NCBI RefSeq assembly: GCF_009914755.1
Contig: NC_060928.1
Source: the human T2T-CHM13v2.0 reference genome, Homo sapiens
Strand: one strand, 5' to 3'
Length of the DNA: 64,000 bases
Position 1 is the first letter of the stretch; each line of letters opens with the position of its first letter. The notes beneath the pieces were generated by a model, which was not told where the DNA came from, ran no database searches, and was given only the letters and a program-made list of their open reading frames with translations. This document shows positions 12,456-26,838 of the stretch, one piece after another. The translations under genes and the position numbers were made by a program.

Positions 12456-15400
12456 AGTGTTTTGAAATATTTTCAGTACATCATAATATCACTATTTCTT
12501 CTTCCATTCAATGTAAAATATTTTTGAAACTCTATGGAATTGATTTGTATAAAATTACTATTTTTTCTTGATTTCTACCATAATCATAGGAATAATCATA
12601 AGCAGTTTTAACAGTTTTCATGAAAACTGGTTACAATCGTAGCAATAATTATAGTAGCACTTTCTAGTGCAATAGCAGTGTATGCACTTTGCAAAGTGCT
12701 TTCATATACATTATCAGATCTTTTTTCATAAGTAGCATTTAGTTTAGTTCCTCCTTGTGTTCATTTCTTGCATTTAGTTTAATTTCTTACTTGCTTGTTC
12801 GTTGTAAAAATCATTTGTGTTTACAGTAAATTCATTTTTTTATTAAATCTGTTTGGCTAATTGAGACATTATTAACCTATGACCAAATAGCCAGTGAGAA
12901 AATCAGCTCTGGGTTAAAGGTTACCATGATTTATGCTATGACTCTTTTGGAAACTTTACCTTAACTTGTGGTGCTCCTGTTTGGCTGGAAAAAGCCATAT
13001 GGCCAATGAAAATGTGCAGAAGTTGCCTGAAACCAATCCACAGAGAGCTGGTAAACTATAACTTTAGGCTGTGATGACCACATGCTGCCTTTCATCAGCC
13101 AAGAAAACAAAAATAGCCAAGCTTTTTATAATGCTTTCTAAAAAAATTGTAAATCCATGATTGTATCTTCTATCAGAAAGTCTTAGTGGTAATACAGGTA
13201 TCCTAGGTATGGGCCTCATTGATCCTCTAAAAAAAATGTACCACTAGGGAATTCTACTTCACCAACATTTTCTTGACAATAGTTGAATCAATCATGTAAA
13301 TCAGTCTTAGGATTTAGCTGATTCTGCAGCATGGTGGTTTTCTTTGAAAAGAAGAAATGTCTTGATCCTGAAGACATTCACCGTCATCTAAATGTCTTCC
13401 CCTTGATTCAGTTTCTTACATTATAGACTACTTTAGTGAAGATATCCTTTTCTTGCAACAGTTATTCACTTAAAAAGACTTCAAAATATTATCCAGTCAC
13501 TGAAGCTTCTTTGAAGAAAAATATGACTGCTCGTGTAAACAATTAATGGTTGTTAAGCATGGCAGTGTATATTATGACAAACAACACATGCTACATTATG
13601 CCAGCTGGTGTAATGATGTGATAATGTCTGACTCATTAACTCTGGCACACAGTTTACGATGCCCTTCTATGACAGGATTAATTGATTCACACATACATTA
13701 AAACAAAAATAACTAAACTGAAATTTAGCTGGAAGCCTGGCTCCTCATTTGTCATAAACCCTGCTGTTGGTGATAGCTGACAAAGACCCTAATGCCGAAC
13801 GGGGTTGAGGTTCCCTTCCTGACCTCACCTTTCTTTCTGAATGGAAACAAGAGCCTTGGAAACAAACCAGAATGCTTTAAGGTAAAGTCTCCCCTAGAGA
13901 ATAATTCATGCTGGAATATATATATATGCACATACAGTTTTCACAGTGAAATTGCTCAAAATACTTTTTTAAAAGCAAGTAGCTACAAACCAACCATTAC
14001 TAAAGGGTGTCTGGTCTACCAGAAATACAGTTTAGATGACTTTTTGAAATACTTGGATGTTTAAAGATAACTCATCAAATACTTGTCAGAGAACTTTTTG
14101 TAACTGTAACTAATCCAGAATGATGTTAAGCAGAATAATAAACAGAAGGCTAACAGGAGTGCTAACTTTTACTCTTGGTCTCATCTACAATTTCATCTAT
14201 TCATTGAAGTGTGAGGGTTGACAATGCTTAAAATCTGAGCCTAGGGAACTCTTCTTCACCTAAAACATGAAAATGCAATAACAGTTCTATTAAATTGAAA
14301 GGCTCACTTATTCCAATACAAAATCCGTATTTGGCATTCTATGACACTTTCAATTAAGAACTAAATTATTTCTTTATTAAGTGTTCATTGTTTCACTTGA
14401 GATGATATTGTATTTAACAATTTCTAGTTGTTTTATTAAGTCAAAACTGAATTGTATAATATGATTTTTATTTCACAAGTGCTTCTATACACTGGATTTA
14501 TTAATATTATTGTTACTATTGTTGTTACTAGCAATTTTGGCCCAAATGTTGGAGGATATAGAAAACCCAAAAGTTTACCTGAGTGTATTTTATTCAACAT
14601 ACTGAAAGACAAAATGTAAGGGGGAAAAAGTGAAAACGTTTAAAAAATTACAATTTCTTTAATTATTTTAATTAATTTTATTCATTTTACCATTCTTTGT
14701 TTTTGGAATCAGAGGATGCACATCATGTCCTTCTTTTCACATTGAGACTAAACAATTTACTAGGCTGGTCAAGTAACCATGATTTGTTCAGTGTTGTATC
14801 TAAAAAGAGTCTCAGGAGTCATTGTCATCTTGTAAAAAAGATATGGAATAATAAATTTACCTCTTCTTTTGCCTTGCTGATTTTTCTTGTGACATTAAGT
14901 TAGTAATTCCAAAACTTTTTGTTACCATAGGCTATTTTTTTCCATTTTTTCTTCTATAAATCACTACTTATACAATTTTATTTATTCTTATTATAAAATC
15001 CATATCTAATGGAGACAATTTAGAAGATACAATGAAAACACAATGAAGAAAATTAAAGATTATCCATAATTTTATGACTCGGAGAGAAGCACAATTAACA
15101 GATTAATAGACTTCCTGTCTGAATTGTTTTATGTATATTTTTATATATTGTTTCTAAAGTTGAGATTATTTAAATATGATTTTGTATCCATTTTCTTTCT
15201 TTGGATTATATTCTGAACATTTTACTTTTTATTAAATGTTTTAATAACATTATTTTTAATGACTATATAATACACTTGAAAGTTTCAATATTGCTGGTCA
15301 CTTCATTGTTTTGAACTTTTATTTATTATATAACAGTAAGATTTACTGCAATGAACATGGGTCCCATAATTTGAAAGCATCAATCTATAGAAGAGTAAAC

Positions 15401-16495
15401 TTGAATTTGTCAACAAACAATTCAGATGCCACACTGCTTAAAAGTTAATCAAAACATAGTAACTGCCATAAAATCTTGAGATCAACATTAGATATCAGTG
15501 TTGTTGCTCTGAATTAGTAATATTTCACCAAAGTGGAAAGGAAAATTTATGCTCATTTATTTCTCTCCAATTTGTCAAGAAAACACACGATGTATCTTCC
15601 ATGTGTTGACATGTGAAAAAAACTCTGAAACCTACAAATTGACAACTAATACACTAGTAGATAACAGGTAAACTTTATAAGGATAAGTAGAGTAGAATTA
15701 ATAGTGTGTGGTATAATTCACTCTCCCTATTTAAAAAAAAATGGAAATATGATTTCCAAAGAGGTGACTATGCAAACTACTGCAATAGGAAGAATAAGCA
15801 CTGAAGAATTAAAATATAAATATAGATATGCAGATTATTGGATATGTCTTTCAGCATGAAGGTACTTATTTTGAGGGAAGAAATATGCTCTACCTGAGGT
15901 CAGATGTGGGCTGTGTTGCTTCTCAGCATGCTGCCTTAGCTTCCTGATGACTTCTCAACATTTGCTAGTTGTACTTAATAGTCTGGTTTAGCATTGGGAT
16001 AGCTTCCCTTATTTCACTGAGATCAGTTCAGTGTGCTGTCTCAATTCTTCATAGTTTTTTTGCTTTTTAAATTTTTTTTGAGTGTGTGTGCGTATGGCTA
16101 ATCTTTTTGTTTGTAACTATTGTTTTTAGTGAAATTTGAGTAAGAATATTGAGAAAAATACCTTAGTATATAATTTTTAACAAAAAGAATGTTTTTAAAT
16201 GTACAAAGTAGACCTGCCTATCATAAGCTTATCATACACTTGCAATGCCTATGTATACATAGTGCTTGTAGGCATTTGAGTTTGCAAACCCTTGGTCTGA
16301 GATTGAGCTTGGTTGAGGAAAGAAGGAGGTGTTACAGACAAACAAGACAACACACCCAATAGAGTCGGCTGAAACTTCAGTTTACTTTACAATCCCCTCC
16401 TGGCCGCACTGCTTTATAATTCCAAGTAACTCATCCTATTCCTTCAAAGATGGCTAATAATTAGGAAGAAATATGGAAAAAAAAAAAAAGTATGT

Positions 16496-16622
16496 GGCTG
16501 AGTGCAGTGGGGCAAGTCTGTAGTCCCAGCTACTTGGAAGGCTGAGGTAGAAGTTTCCCTTGTGCCTAGGAGTTCAAGTCCAGCCTGGGCAACATAGCAA
16601 GACCCCATCTCTATAAAAAAAG
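16496..16622 (+). mobile_element. FLAM / Alu monomer
   Basis: Single monomer of about 125 bp ending in GACCCCATCTCT plus an A tail. Confidence 0.85.
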
Positions 16623-17319
16623 AAGTACAATAGTATATGCAAAACAAATAAAGCATTTATGTTAAATCATATAATTAGCATTAAGAGTTTAGAGCTGTGT
16701 CTGCAAATAGTAAATACTCAATAAGTGTTAGACATACATCACAAAGTAGTTATAAAAAAGACACAGTCATCTGACAAGTAATCGTTTATACTTTCAAGGA
16801 AATTACAAACCATATAGTTACATTTGCTTGTAATATATACACATATAATATTTATAATACACATACATACATTCACATATATACAAACATACAGAGAAAA
16901 AAGAGCTATAAAAGGAGACACCATGATACAAAGGAGATTATAAAGCAACAAAAGATTAAAAGTTATCAGGCAGAGCTTAAGATAGAAATGGAAGACAAAA
17001 ATAAGCATTACTAGAAACATGAAAGCTATATTAGAATGACAAACTAAAATAAATACAAATAAAAAAGTCAAAGACACAAAATAATAATAGGCTTGAGGAA
17101 ATCACTCAAAGTACTTGATAACAGAAATAAAATACCATCCACAGGGATCCAATAAATGCATAACTGGTACCCCAAAAGAAGAGAACAAAAGAGATTAAAT
17201 AAAAATAAGTAAGTAAATAAATAAATAATAATTTTTTTAAAAAAGGAATTGAATTTGCAGATTGAAATGGTATGCAGTGAACCAGGGCAAACTGAGATCG
17301 AATGTTTAACACCGAGCTC

Positions 17320-17535
17320 CAGGATCTGCTCCAACTTCACGTGGCATTCTTCCCTCCTATCTACACAGTCTCATCATAACACCAGTCATAATGGATTAAG
17401 GATTCACACTACTCAAGTATGGCCTCATTTTTTAAATACCTGCAATGACCCTATTTCCAAATAAGGTCACATTCTGAGGTCCTGGAGATTAGAATTTCAA
17501 CACATCTTTTGGAGGAACACATTTAATTCATAATA
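17320..17535 (-). mobile_element. MLT1 (ERVL-MaLR) LTR fragment
   Basis: ccctatttccaaataaggtcacattctgagg...aatttcaacacatctttt. Confidence 0.75.
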
Positions 17536-18659
17536 CCTTTCTTTACCTTATGGGGAAAAAATACTTTTTCTGTTTAATTTTGAGATGGTTGGAGATTTCT
17601 GAGATTGGAGCATTTTCCCTATTGCAATAGTCTTTTTTTTTTTTTTTCGGAGTAAAGTCTTTCCTTATCTAAGTTTGAATTGACAATAGTTTATAGGTAG
17701 TACAGTTTCAAGTTTAAATTTGTTATTCCTATCACCTTTCCATTAATCCACAAAAAATTAGTGCTCACAAAAAGTTGATGATTTGGAAGATTTATTTTTC
17801 AATAATGATAGTTATTTTTACTAAAACATAAAAGTTTTTTTAAACCATTTTCTTACATAAAAATCAGAAAGACAGCTAGAAGTGAGATGATTAGTTACTG
17901 GCTGTGTAAAACTGGAGTCGACATTTTAATTGGTTAATTCAAACAGGACTGCTTCTAAAAGTAGAGACTATTCATCGAAAAGTAACAAAATAATCATCCC
18001 TATGATTGACTATGACTTAATAACATTAAGCCAAAATCTAAAAATCTAATGCTTTACACTGTGTAAAAGACATCAGAATGTTTCACCATTTGTCTAAATA
18101 TTTTGTATTATAAGAATAAATAGTTTTTTGTTTTAAAGTAATTTTTTTAGAATTTATAGTTTATTTTGAGAAGTTAAGATTAAAATACAGGAAATTTGAC
18201 CAGTGGCCCAGAAATAATCCTTTAACATATGGTCTTTGGAGGTAGGCTATATTAAATATAATTTAAAAGATAGGCAACAAAAGATGTATAGGAGTATTGT
18301 TACATCAAACATTTTTGATGAAATCAAAATTTTAAAATTTCAGCATTTACTATTCAGATAAATGACAAATTTCAAAAGAAAAAATACTTTTAAATCAGTA
18401 ATTGCTCTTTGGTAAATCATCTCATTCAGAGAATGGTAGAAATGAAGACTACAAAGCTACCAAAAAAACACTAAAGTACAGTTTCTAATAAGGGTTAGAA
18501 GGGGACAGTAACTTGGAAATCTGTATAGGAAAATAATCCCCAAAGGTTAAAATAATCTATAGTAGTTATTTAAAAGGAGAAATACAGAAAGGAGAGCTCT
18601 GCAATTAGTCACAGGAAATCAAGAGATGTTGTTAGAAAAGTCAAACAAATAAAATGTTT

Positions 18660-18810
18660 GCTCCTTAATATTTGTGTAATTTCCAGGCTCTGTTTCCTAA
18701 TAGTAAACTGTAGACAACAGTAGGTAACACTCCAGGTCGCTGCAAGGATTAAGAGAGATAATATATATTAAATCCTTAATACATTGTGTAATTCATGGTA
18801 GATACTTAAC
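18660..18810 (+). mobile_element. MIR fragment
   Basis: ctctgtttcct...gtaaa...gcaaggattaagagagataatatat. Confidence 0.5.
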
Positions 18811-19394
18811 CTTCCTCTAATTTCCTTTCCTCCACACAATTGATTTTTATCCACTGAGTCATAGGATAAATGGACCAGATTAGATTACAACTCTCTCAGT
18901 TCAGAATCACTTCAGCATCTCATTCAGAAAACAGCCTGAACCACACATTTATTTTAAAATTGTATTCTTTCAAAGAAATTGTTATTCGAGTTATTTTTAC
19001 TTTCCAATGCGTCTGTGTCTTTCTCAGTCAAAATATGAGTTTTTCTGTGTGTGTAAATTTTTTTAACATCTTTTTGAAGATATTTTCTACAGATTACTGT
19101 AAATGAATATTAATTTAATATTAATTAATTAATGTAAATGAATATTAATGCATATGATATGTAAGGGTCCTTTGTATTCCTAATCACAGTGCAGATGAAT
19201 ATGCCCTGTCATGTGGGAATCAAAGCTATTGCTTTGACTTGTAATGAGTTGTTTATATGTTATGCAATGGTGCTGACTAGTGGCTTATTTTTTGAAGAAA
19301 ACAACTTAAAATATGTATTTTGCATGGCAGAGCAGAAGTTTGGCTTCTACATATCCACTTAATATGACATTATCCTGCAATATTATACTTCATT

Positions 19395-20070
19395 TATTCA
19401 TGCATTCATTTATTCATTCTGGACAGTCACCAAGATATTTATTGCCAATACACAGAGCCTATACACAGTGCTTTGCTACACATGGGTTCAAACACATAAC
19501 TAAACACTGTAGACAAATGCTACATTCCAGAAATTAAAGGAAGGTCATATATATAGAACTTAGAGAGTGAGGGGGCTCTAGTTGGGAGATGAGGCAGGAC
19601 CAGACCACACTGAGCCTCAAAGGTCATATTAAAGGTTTTGGTATTAATCCTAGAATAGTGAAAAAAAAAGAGAGGAGAAGATAAGTAATTAAATTTTCAT
19701 TTTAAGTTGCAACTCACTTGTTTCTAAAGGGGATAGTGGTATGGTGAAAACCTGGAAGGATGCGAGGACAATAGTTAGGATGCTGTTAAAGTAAATATTT
19801 GGTCAGAAACAGCAATACATTGAACTAGGGTATCAGTAGCAGAGCTGGAGAAACGTAAATAGATTTAAGCAATATTTATGATCTAAGATTGGCAAGACTT
19901 TATGACAACATGGATATAGTTTAGAGAGCGAGGAGCTGTGTGGTAAGATGAACAGAGATATTAAGTAGGATTTTCAGGTTTCTGGATTCGAAGACTGGAT
20001 AGTGACTTCATTCATTGTGATAAATAGAAAACACTTCAAGTGGATCATGTTAGGAAATAAAGCTATTTAG
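19395..20070 (-). mobile_element. L2 fragments
   Basis: CATTCATT tail, aaggttttggtattaatcct, and gattggcaagactt...ggatatag. Confidence 0.6.
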
Positions 20071-20446
20071 TGTAGTCTAATTTCTTTATTTGTCTTCTTC
20101 CCATACCTAAAGTTTGTAATACTTCGTTGCTTTTGTCATTTTTTTTGGTAGATTTTCACCTTATTATAAAAGTAGTGCCTTTCATTCCTTTAAAATGGGG
20201 GGAAATAGAACTAAATAAGATTTAAAAATCCTTCATTTTTCAATCAGCTTTAATCAAATACTTGTAACAAAAATATTGGCTAAGCTAGCGTATGAATATA
20301 TTATTTTATTTGAGAATTAAGTCTTTATGGAAATAATATGCATTTCAATCTAACTTATTGCAAAGTGTCTAAAGTGTAAGTCCAAGATTAAATCCAAATT
20401 TAAGATATAATTGCTAAAAGTCAGGAAAAAGTTTTAGTTAACAGTA

Positions 20447-20809
20447 TGTCTTAGTTCAGACTACTAAAACAAAGTATCATAGACTGAGTGGCTTATAAAT
20501 GACAGAAATTTATCTCTTAAGAGTTCTGGGGGCTGGAAGTCCAAGGTCAGGGTGCTAGCAGCTTCCAACTCTGAGAACCCTTTTCCAAGTTGCAGAAAGT
20601 CTTCCCCTTGTATCGTCACAAGGCAGAAGAAGAGGAAAAGAGAGCTCTCTAGCATTTATTTTATAAGGGCACTAATTCCATTCACAACGGCTCCACACTC
20701 ATGACATAATTACCTCCCAAAGGCCCCACCTTTTAATGTCATCATATAGAAGGTTGATATTTCATTCAACACATGCATTAAGGTGAGCGGACACAAACAG
20801 TCTATTGCA
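20447..20809 (-). mobile_element. MLT1A-type solo LTR
   Basis: TGTCTTAGT start, ctggaagtccaaggtcagg, ttataagggcactaattcc and a TTGCA end. Confidence 0.85.
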
Positions 20810-21489
20810 TCTTAAAGTTGGCTGGTACTCATTACATTGGAATTTTCTAATCAATTGGAGCAAAGATGGATTAGAGCTTGTTGTGATTGTCTCAAGAGAG
20901 TGATAACCTATTTTGACACATGAAATTTTATAGGTTATATAATAGAAGAATTTGCACTTTTGGATTTTATATTGCAGACAAGATGCCTGTTAATATCCCA
21001 CTGTTCAATCGCTCCAACTTTAGTATCTAATATTGATTTTTTTTTCAGATAGGATATGTTTATACTCAGTGATTCTTTAATAAAATAACAAAGTGTTTAT
21101 TAGGGAAATGTGCTGCATTTTGAATGAAGAAAATTCAGAAAAAAATAAGTACAGATAAATAAACAAATGATATAATCAACTTTATTCTGTTCAATGGCTG
21201 GCCATAGTTTGAGTAATTTTATTGACCCATTAGCTTTAAATCAAGAAAGACTTAATGGCAGACTTAGTGATAGGTACAATTTTTCAAAACACAGTGTTTA
21301 CAATGGGTAAAATGTGGTACCTTCAGAATTCTAGGCTTAGATTTATTTTTTTACTCTATCTTATGCATGACTTAAAATACTGCCAACTTGCCAACAGGTA
21401 TTCAGTTGTAGAATGTGATAGCACAGTGGGGTAGACAGCTAAGTGGAATTTAAGATTTACTGTTGATGTGCTAAGCAGTATTAATATTA

Positions 21490-21799
21490 TTATTTTATTA
21501 TTATTATTGTAATTTTTAGAGATTTGGTCTTGTTCTATTGCCCAGGCTGGAATGCAGTGGCACTACCATAGCTCATTGTAACCTCAAACTCTTGGCTTCT
21601 AGTGATTCTCCTACCTCAGCCTTCTGAGTAGCTGGGACTATAGCCATGCATCACCATACCTGGCTAATTTTTGTATTTTTGTAGAGATGGGGTCTCAGTA
21701 TGCTGCACAGGCTGGTCTCAAACTCCTGGCTTCAAATGATGCTCCTGCCTTGGCCTCCCAAAGCACTGTGATTACAGACATGAGCCACAGTGGCAGACC
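21490..21799 (-). mobile_element. AluJ-type
   Basis: Diverged antisense Alu with a (TTA)n tail and J-type CATAGCTCA. Confidence 0.9.
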
Positions 21800-22529
21800 A
21801 TATTATTTTGTAAGTGTTTTAATTAAAAGTTTCTTTAGAAACATTTTAGAATTTTAGGTGTTACTTCTGTTGAAGAAATAATATAAAGGCTTTAAATATT
21901 AGGGAGCTATTCATTTTTTACCCATTCATCACATTTTGTTTTCTTTTTAATTGAACATCTATTCTCTGCCAAACTCTACTGGAAAAGAATACACATAGAC
22001 ACAAAAATAAGAGAGCTCCTAGCTTAAGAAAGCTTGTGGTCTAGTAGACAAAGGAGATAAACATGTAATTAAGATGTTATTTGTTAACTGCTCCTAGAGG
22101 AGTGTACAATAATTTATAGGAACTCTGAGCAGGTAACACAAAATTTAGCCTGGAAATGAGGTTATATTAGTGGAAGTCTTTCCAGTTGCGTATGATAGAA
22201 TTCCAACTCTAATTGGCAGCTGAAACTGGATTTATTTGCTCACATAGCTGAACAATCTCCCTATATCTATTTGGAATTGAGTACTGAAAATCATAGAGTA
22301 ATAGGAGTAACGTTCCCCATTTTAGTAGACTGGAGGATGGTCAAGCCTCTTTCATCTCAGTCTCTTTCAGCCCTATTGAGAATCAATTTTAGAGCCCGGA
22401 AGCAAGGGATGAAAAAGGCCAGGGACCAGACCACCTTTTAATGATTCTAGGTCTATGAGGCTGGGCTTGATTGTGTGCTGGCTTGGTTGGTTGGGTCAAT
22501 AAACCTATTATAGTGGGAAGTCTGTTAGG

Positions 22530-22655
22530 GCAGTTCTCAAACGTGGCTGCAGATTAGAATCACTTCTATAATTCAAAAAATATGCCAAGAAATTAAGTCA
22601 AAATTTCTGGTGATGGGTTCTGGAATGAATATTTTAAAATGTTCTTTAGATGTGG
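22530..22655. mobile_element. MER5-type hAT-Charlie fragment
   Basis: cagttctcaaacgtggctgcagattagaatcac. Confidence 0.6.
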
Positions 22656-24664
22656 AAAGGAAGAAAAAGGCTACATACCTATAAAGGAAGATGTATAGGT
22701 GAGATTGTGTAAAGAATAGTGAGCAAAACAAATGGCACTCTTGTGAATAGAACACTCACCATTGCCTCTGCTCTAAGGCAAATCTTAGCGTGAATGCTGG
22801 AGCAGCCCTACATGACCAAAGGGAAGAGCATGAGGAGATGGCATTCCCATGAGACATCTTCAAGAAATAATGTTTATTATTTTCTTTGGTTTTATCCCCA
22901 GTCTGATGTAGCCCAGGGAAATGGCTATCACATTTTAATTTAATATGTGTGCTTGCCTCTGCTATAAAACTATACATTTTTATAGGTAAATTATCTTATT
23001 CATCTTCATATTCCCAATGTCTAGCTGACACGATACTTGGTATATACAGGACACTCAGTAAACGACAATGGGATTAATGAATCTAGTGATATAGTACCAC
23101 TATCTAGGGTTTTCCATATCTGGATTTAAAATCTGTAAAATTTTCTATTTGTAAAAATAGAAGTACTTACCAAAAACATACTTCTATAAATATTTGTGCT
23201 TTAAGAGGTAGCAACTCAGAAGCAAGTTATAATTCAAGATTGATCCAGAAGATCTCTGGGAATAAAAAGAATAAAATTCAAGTCTATGCTTATTCATTAG
23301 GAAAAAACCTCCAGCTCAATGAATTTTCTGTTGCATTTTAAAAAATTGGCCCTGTGATTACACCCTAGAGAAGAATAAACAGAAATTATGTCTTCTTATA
23401 TAATTTATATATTCTGTTTAACCTTATGTAGTTATATCAAGTAAAATGTATGAGATATAAACTATTTAAAACTTCCATGAAAAATAAAAATTTCTGAAAT
23501 ATTAGCCCATTAGGAAAGGTCAAGTTTAAAATGCCATATTCACTGGACATTTGATGAGTTTTTTTTTTCTGTTACATAGTATGATCTTTAAAATGGTCAT
23601 TTTGATAGCAGGTCTAATATCAAGTGTGTTTTTTTCCTACTGAATATTCCACATTCTCTCTGGCAATAAAGGTTCTGGATCCCGGCAAGGGCAATTCTTT
23701 TGAGGACGCATAAGGCAATTGCTTGTAATGCAGTTTACTTGTCCAAAGAGTTCTTGGCTCTGTAGTATTGACTAACAGAAATGTATTTGGACATCCCAAA
23801 CCCAGTCAAATATGACTAGGAAGACAATGAAAGGAACAGATGGATATCTTTACAGAGCAACAATTTCAGAGCCACACTTGGGGTCATGCCCATTTTTTTT
23901 TTTCCAGGAAATGTGAGAAAGGGAACAGATAAGGATCAGGGAGAAGGGCTTAAATCTCTCTGTGGTGAAAAAAATCTCTCTTTAGATTCTTGAAGATTCT
24001 GAAAACTAAAATGCATATTATTTCAAGGTTATTATGCAAAGAATACTAAAATTTGAAACTAATGCTTTATGGATAATGTACCATGTTTAAAGATAAACTA
24101 GCTTTAGAGCATATATTTTAGCACACAAAGTCAAGTTCTTTATTATTAGCATGTATTTTCCTAGAAGACAAGAATAATTGAATTAAGATAAACCCTATGT
24201 GTTAAGACTTCTTTTGAAGCATTCTAATGAGAATTCTGCTATGGGTCTTTCAATCTCTCCCTTTTTTTGTTCTCCTATTGTTCATAATTAACTATACTTT
24301 CATTTCAATGCAATTACACTAGTACACTCGTATAACATGAGACTGATGAGAGAATTTCACTTGGATTGTGGAAAGTTTTCAGGGTGGCAAATATTACCGT
24401 ATTTCTTAGGGAATATTATCTTAAAATGCGTATTGAAAAAACATCACCTCTGAACTTTATTATTTGGAGAATAGGACATTTTTTATAAAAAAAAAACAAT
24501 AACCAGGGGGATATATGAATTTGGAGAAGGGCTAACAGCATATTTAGAAATTGTTAGCATAATGATAATTTTAAGTTATTTGTTACATGAGAGGCATGAT
24601 CCATGAGGTGGTATTAGATGTTACTTATATCAGCCCTGGATGGGTCATAACCACAAAAAAGTAA

Positions 24665-25645
24665 AGTTTTCATGTGGTAAAATATACACAATAGAAAATT
24701 TATCATTGTAACCATTTTAAGTGTACAATTCAGTGACATTTAGTACATTCACATTGTTGTGCAATCATCACCACTGTCCATCTTCAGAAATTTTTCATCA
24801 TCCCAAACTGAAACTGCATGCTCATTAAAAAATAATTACTCCCTTTACCTAGCATCTGATGACATGATTCTACTTTCTGTTTTTAGGAATCTGACTGTTC
24901 CAGGCACCTCTTATAAATAGAATCATACAATATTTGTGTTTTTATGTATGACTTATTTCACTGAGTATATTGTTCTCAAGGCTTATCCATTTTGTAGCAA
25001 ATGTCAGCATCCCACTCCTTTTTAAGGCTGAATAGTATTTCATTGATTGTACATAGCAGATTTTGTTTATTCATTAATCTTTCCACAAACATTTGTGTTG
25101 ATTCCAAATTTTGGCTATTGTGAATAATGTTGCTATGAACATTGATGTACATATATCTGTTTGAACCCATGTTTTCACTCCTTTTGAGAGTATAGTTAGA
25201 AGTGGAATTGCTGACTTATGGTAATTCTATGTTTACTTTTTGAGGAACTGCCATACTGTCTTCCACAACAACTGCAACATTTTATATTACCACTAGCAAT
25301 GCACAGAGGTCTTAATTTTTCCACATCCTCTCCAACACTTATTTCTGTTTTTTTTAATTGAATAGCCATCCTAATAGTATCTTTCTGTGATTGTGATTTG
25401 CATTTCCCTAATGACTAATGATGTTAAGCATCTTTTCCTGTTTTTACTGGCCATTTGTATATCTTTTTTAGAGAAATGTCTATTAAAGTCCTTTGCTCAG
25501 TTTTTAATTTGGTTGCTTTTGTTTTTGTTTTTGTTTTTTGTTATTGAGTGGTAGGATTTCTTTATATATTCTGGATATTAATCCCTCATCGGATATATTA
25601 TTTGCAAATATTTTTGCCCATTCTGTGCCTTGCCTTTTTATCGCC
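24665..25645 (-). mobile_element. L1MB-type 3' fragment
   Basis: taaccattttaagtgtacaattcagtgacatttagtacattcacattgttgtgcaa. The ORF at 24976-25170 derives from it. Confidence 0.9.
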
Positions 25646-26508
25646 TCTTGCCTTTTTATCACCCCCCTTCCTTGGAGTCATGAATTGTTGTCTTGATCAT
25701 CCAGATCTGCGATGATTAAGAACACCTGTGGCAACACCAAACAGAGCCCACAAACATCGTGCTGATGAGCAAGGACTAGGGAAGAAGATGCTCAAGAAAC
25801 ATCCATGAAAACAACCAGGAGGGCTTTGAGAGAATGCGGAGCTGGAGCTCGGATCTTCCTTTCTGAAAAGCATGAGAAAACCCAGAAGGCTCTGTCTTAA
25901 GATAAAAAGACCAGGGACTTTCTAGGGGTCATAAGGTGAGGGGTTGTAACCTTTCCAAGATGAATCTGGGGACCTGGGGGGAAAACGATGTTAAAATCCA
26001 ACAGTGCCAGAGATTAGAAGGGGAAGGAATCAGAAAGGAGGGAGAATCATATTACAAATGTCGAGGATAAACTACAGAGGAAACAAGATAATCAGTTTAC
26101 TGTACCATATCAGGCAGGGGATAATAGTGATGCCTGAACTAAAAGTGTGAATGAAGGGGAAGGAAGAGAAAAGCAATTTTAAATTCAGTTCCCCTGACAC
26201 ACCTCTTTCCTCAGGAATTAATTGAATGTTGGAGAGAAACCCCTGTGTGATTATTACTGCATTTACAAATATCTCCAAGTATGAGCTTGGAGAAAACTGT
26301 TTTTATTCTTAAAATTGAAATCTTCAAAGAAAATTGGCAGTGTCATATAGAAGAAAGCTCCCCTGGGTTCTAATCCCTGCATTATCAGGCACAAACCAAT
26401 CCTTGGACCTGGAACCATAAATTCCTCTGCAACCCAGTTTCTAAATCTTTAAGATAACGGGTCTGACATCTGTGATTTCTAATTTCCAGCTAAAATTCAT
26501 GAGGTGTA

Positions 26509-26838
26509 TGCTATAGTTTCAAGGTTTGTTTCCTCCCAAACAGATGTTGACATTTAATTGCCATTGTAACAGCTGTGAGAGGTAGGAACTTGGAGTGGTG
26601 ATTAGGCCATGAGGGCTCCACCCTGATGAGTGGGACTGGTGCTGTTATAAAAGGGCAAGTTAGTCCCCTCTTACCTTCTGCCTTCCACCATGCAACGTCA
26701 CAGCAAGAAGGCCCTCACAAGATGCTGGCCCCTTGATCTACAATTTCCCTTTTTCCTGAACTGTGAGCCAATACATTTCTGTTTATTATAAATTACTCGG
26801 TGTCAGGTATTCTGTTATAGGAGCAAAATGAACTACGA
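26509..26838 (+). mobile_element. MST-type (ERVL-MaLR) solo LTR
   Basis: TGCTATAGTTT start, gattaggccatgagggctccaccct, gcaagaaggccctcac and aggtattctgttatag. Confidence 0.85.
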
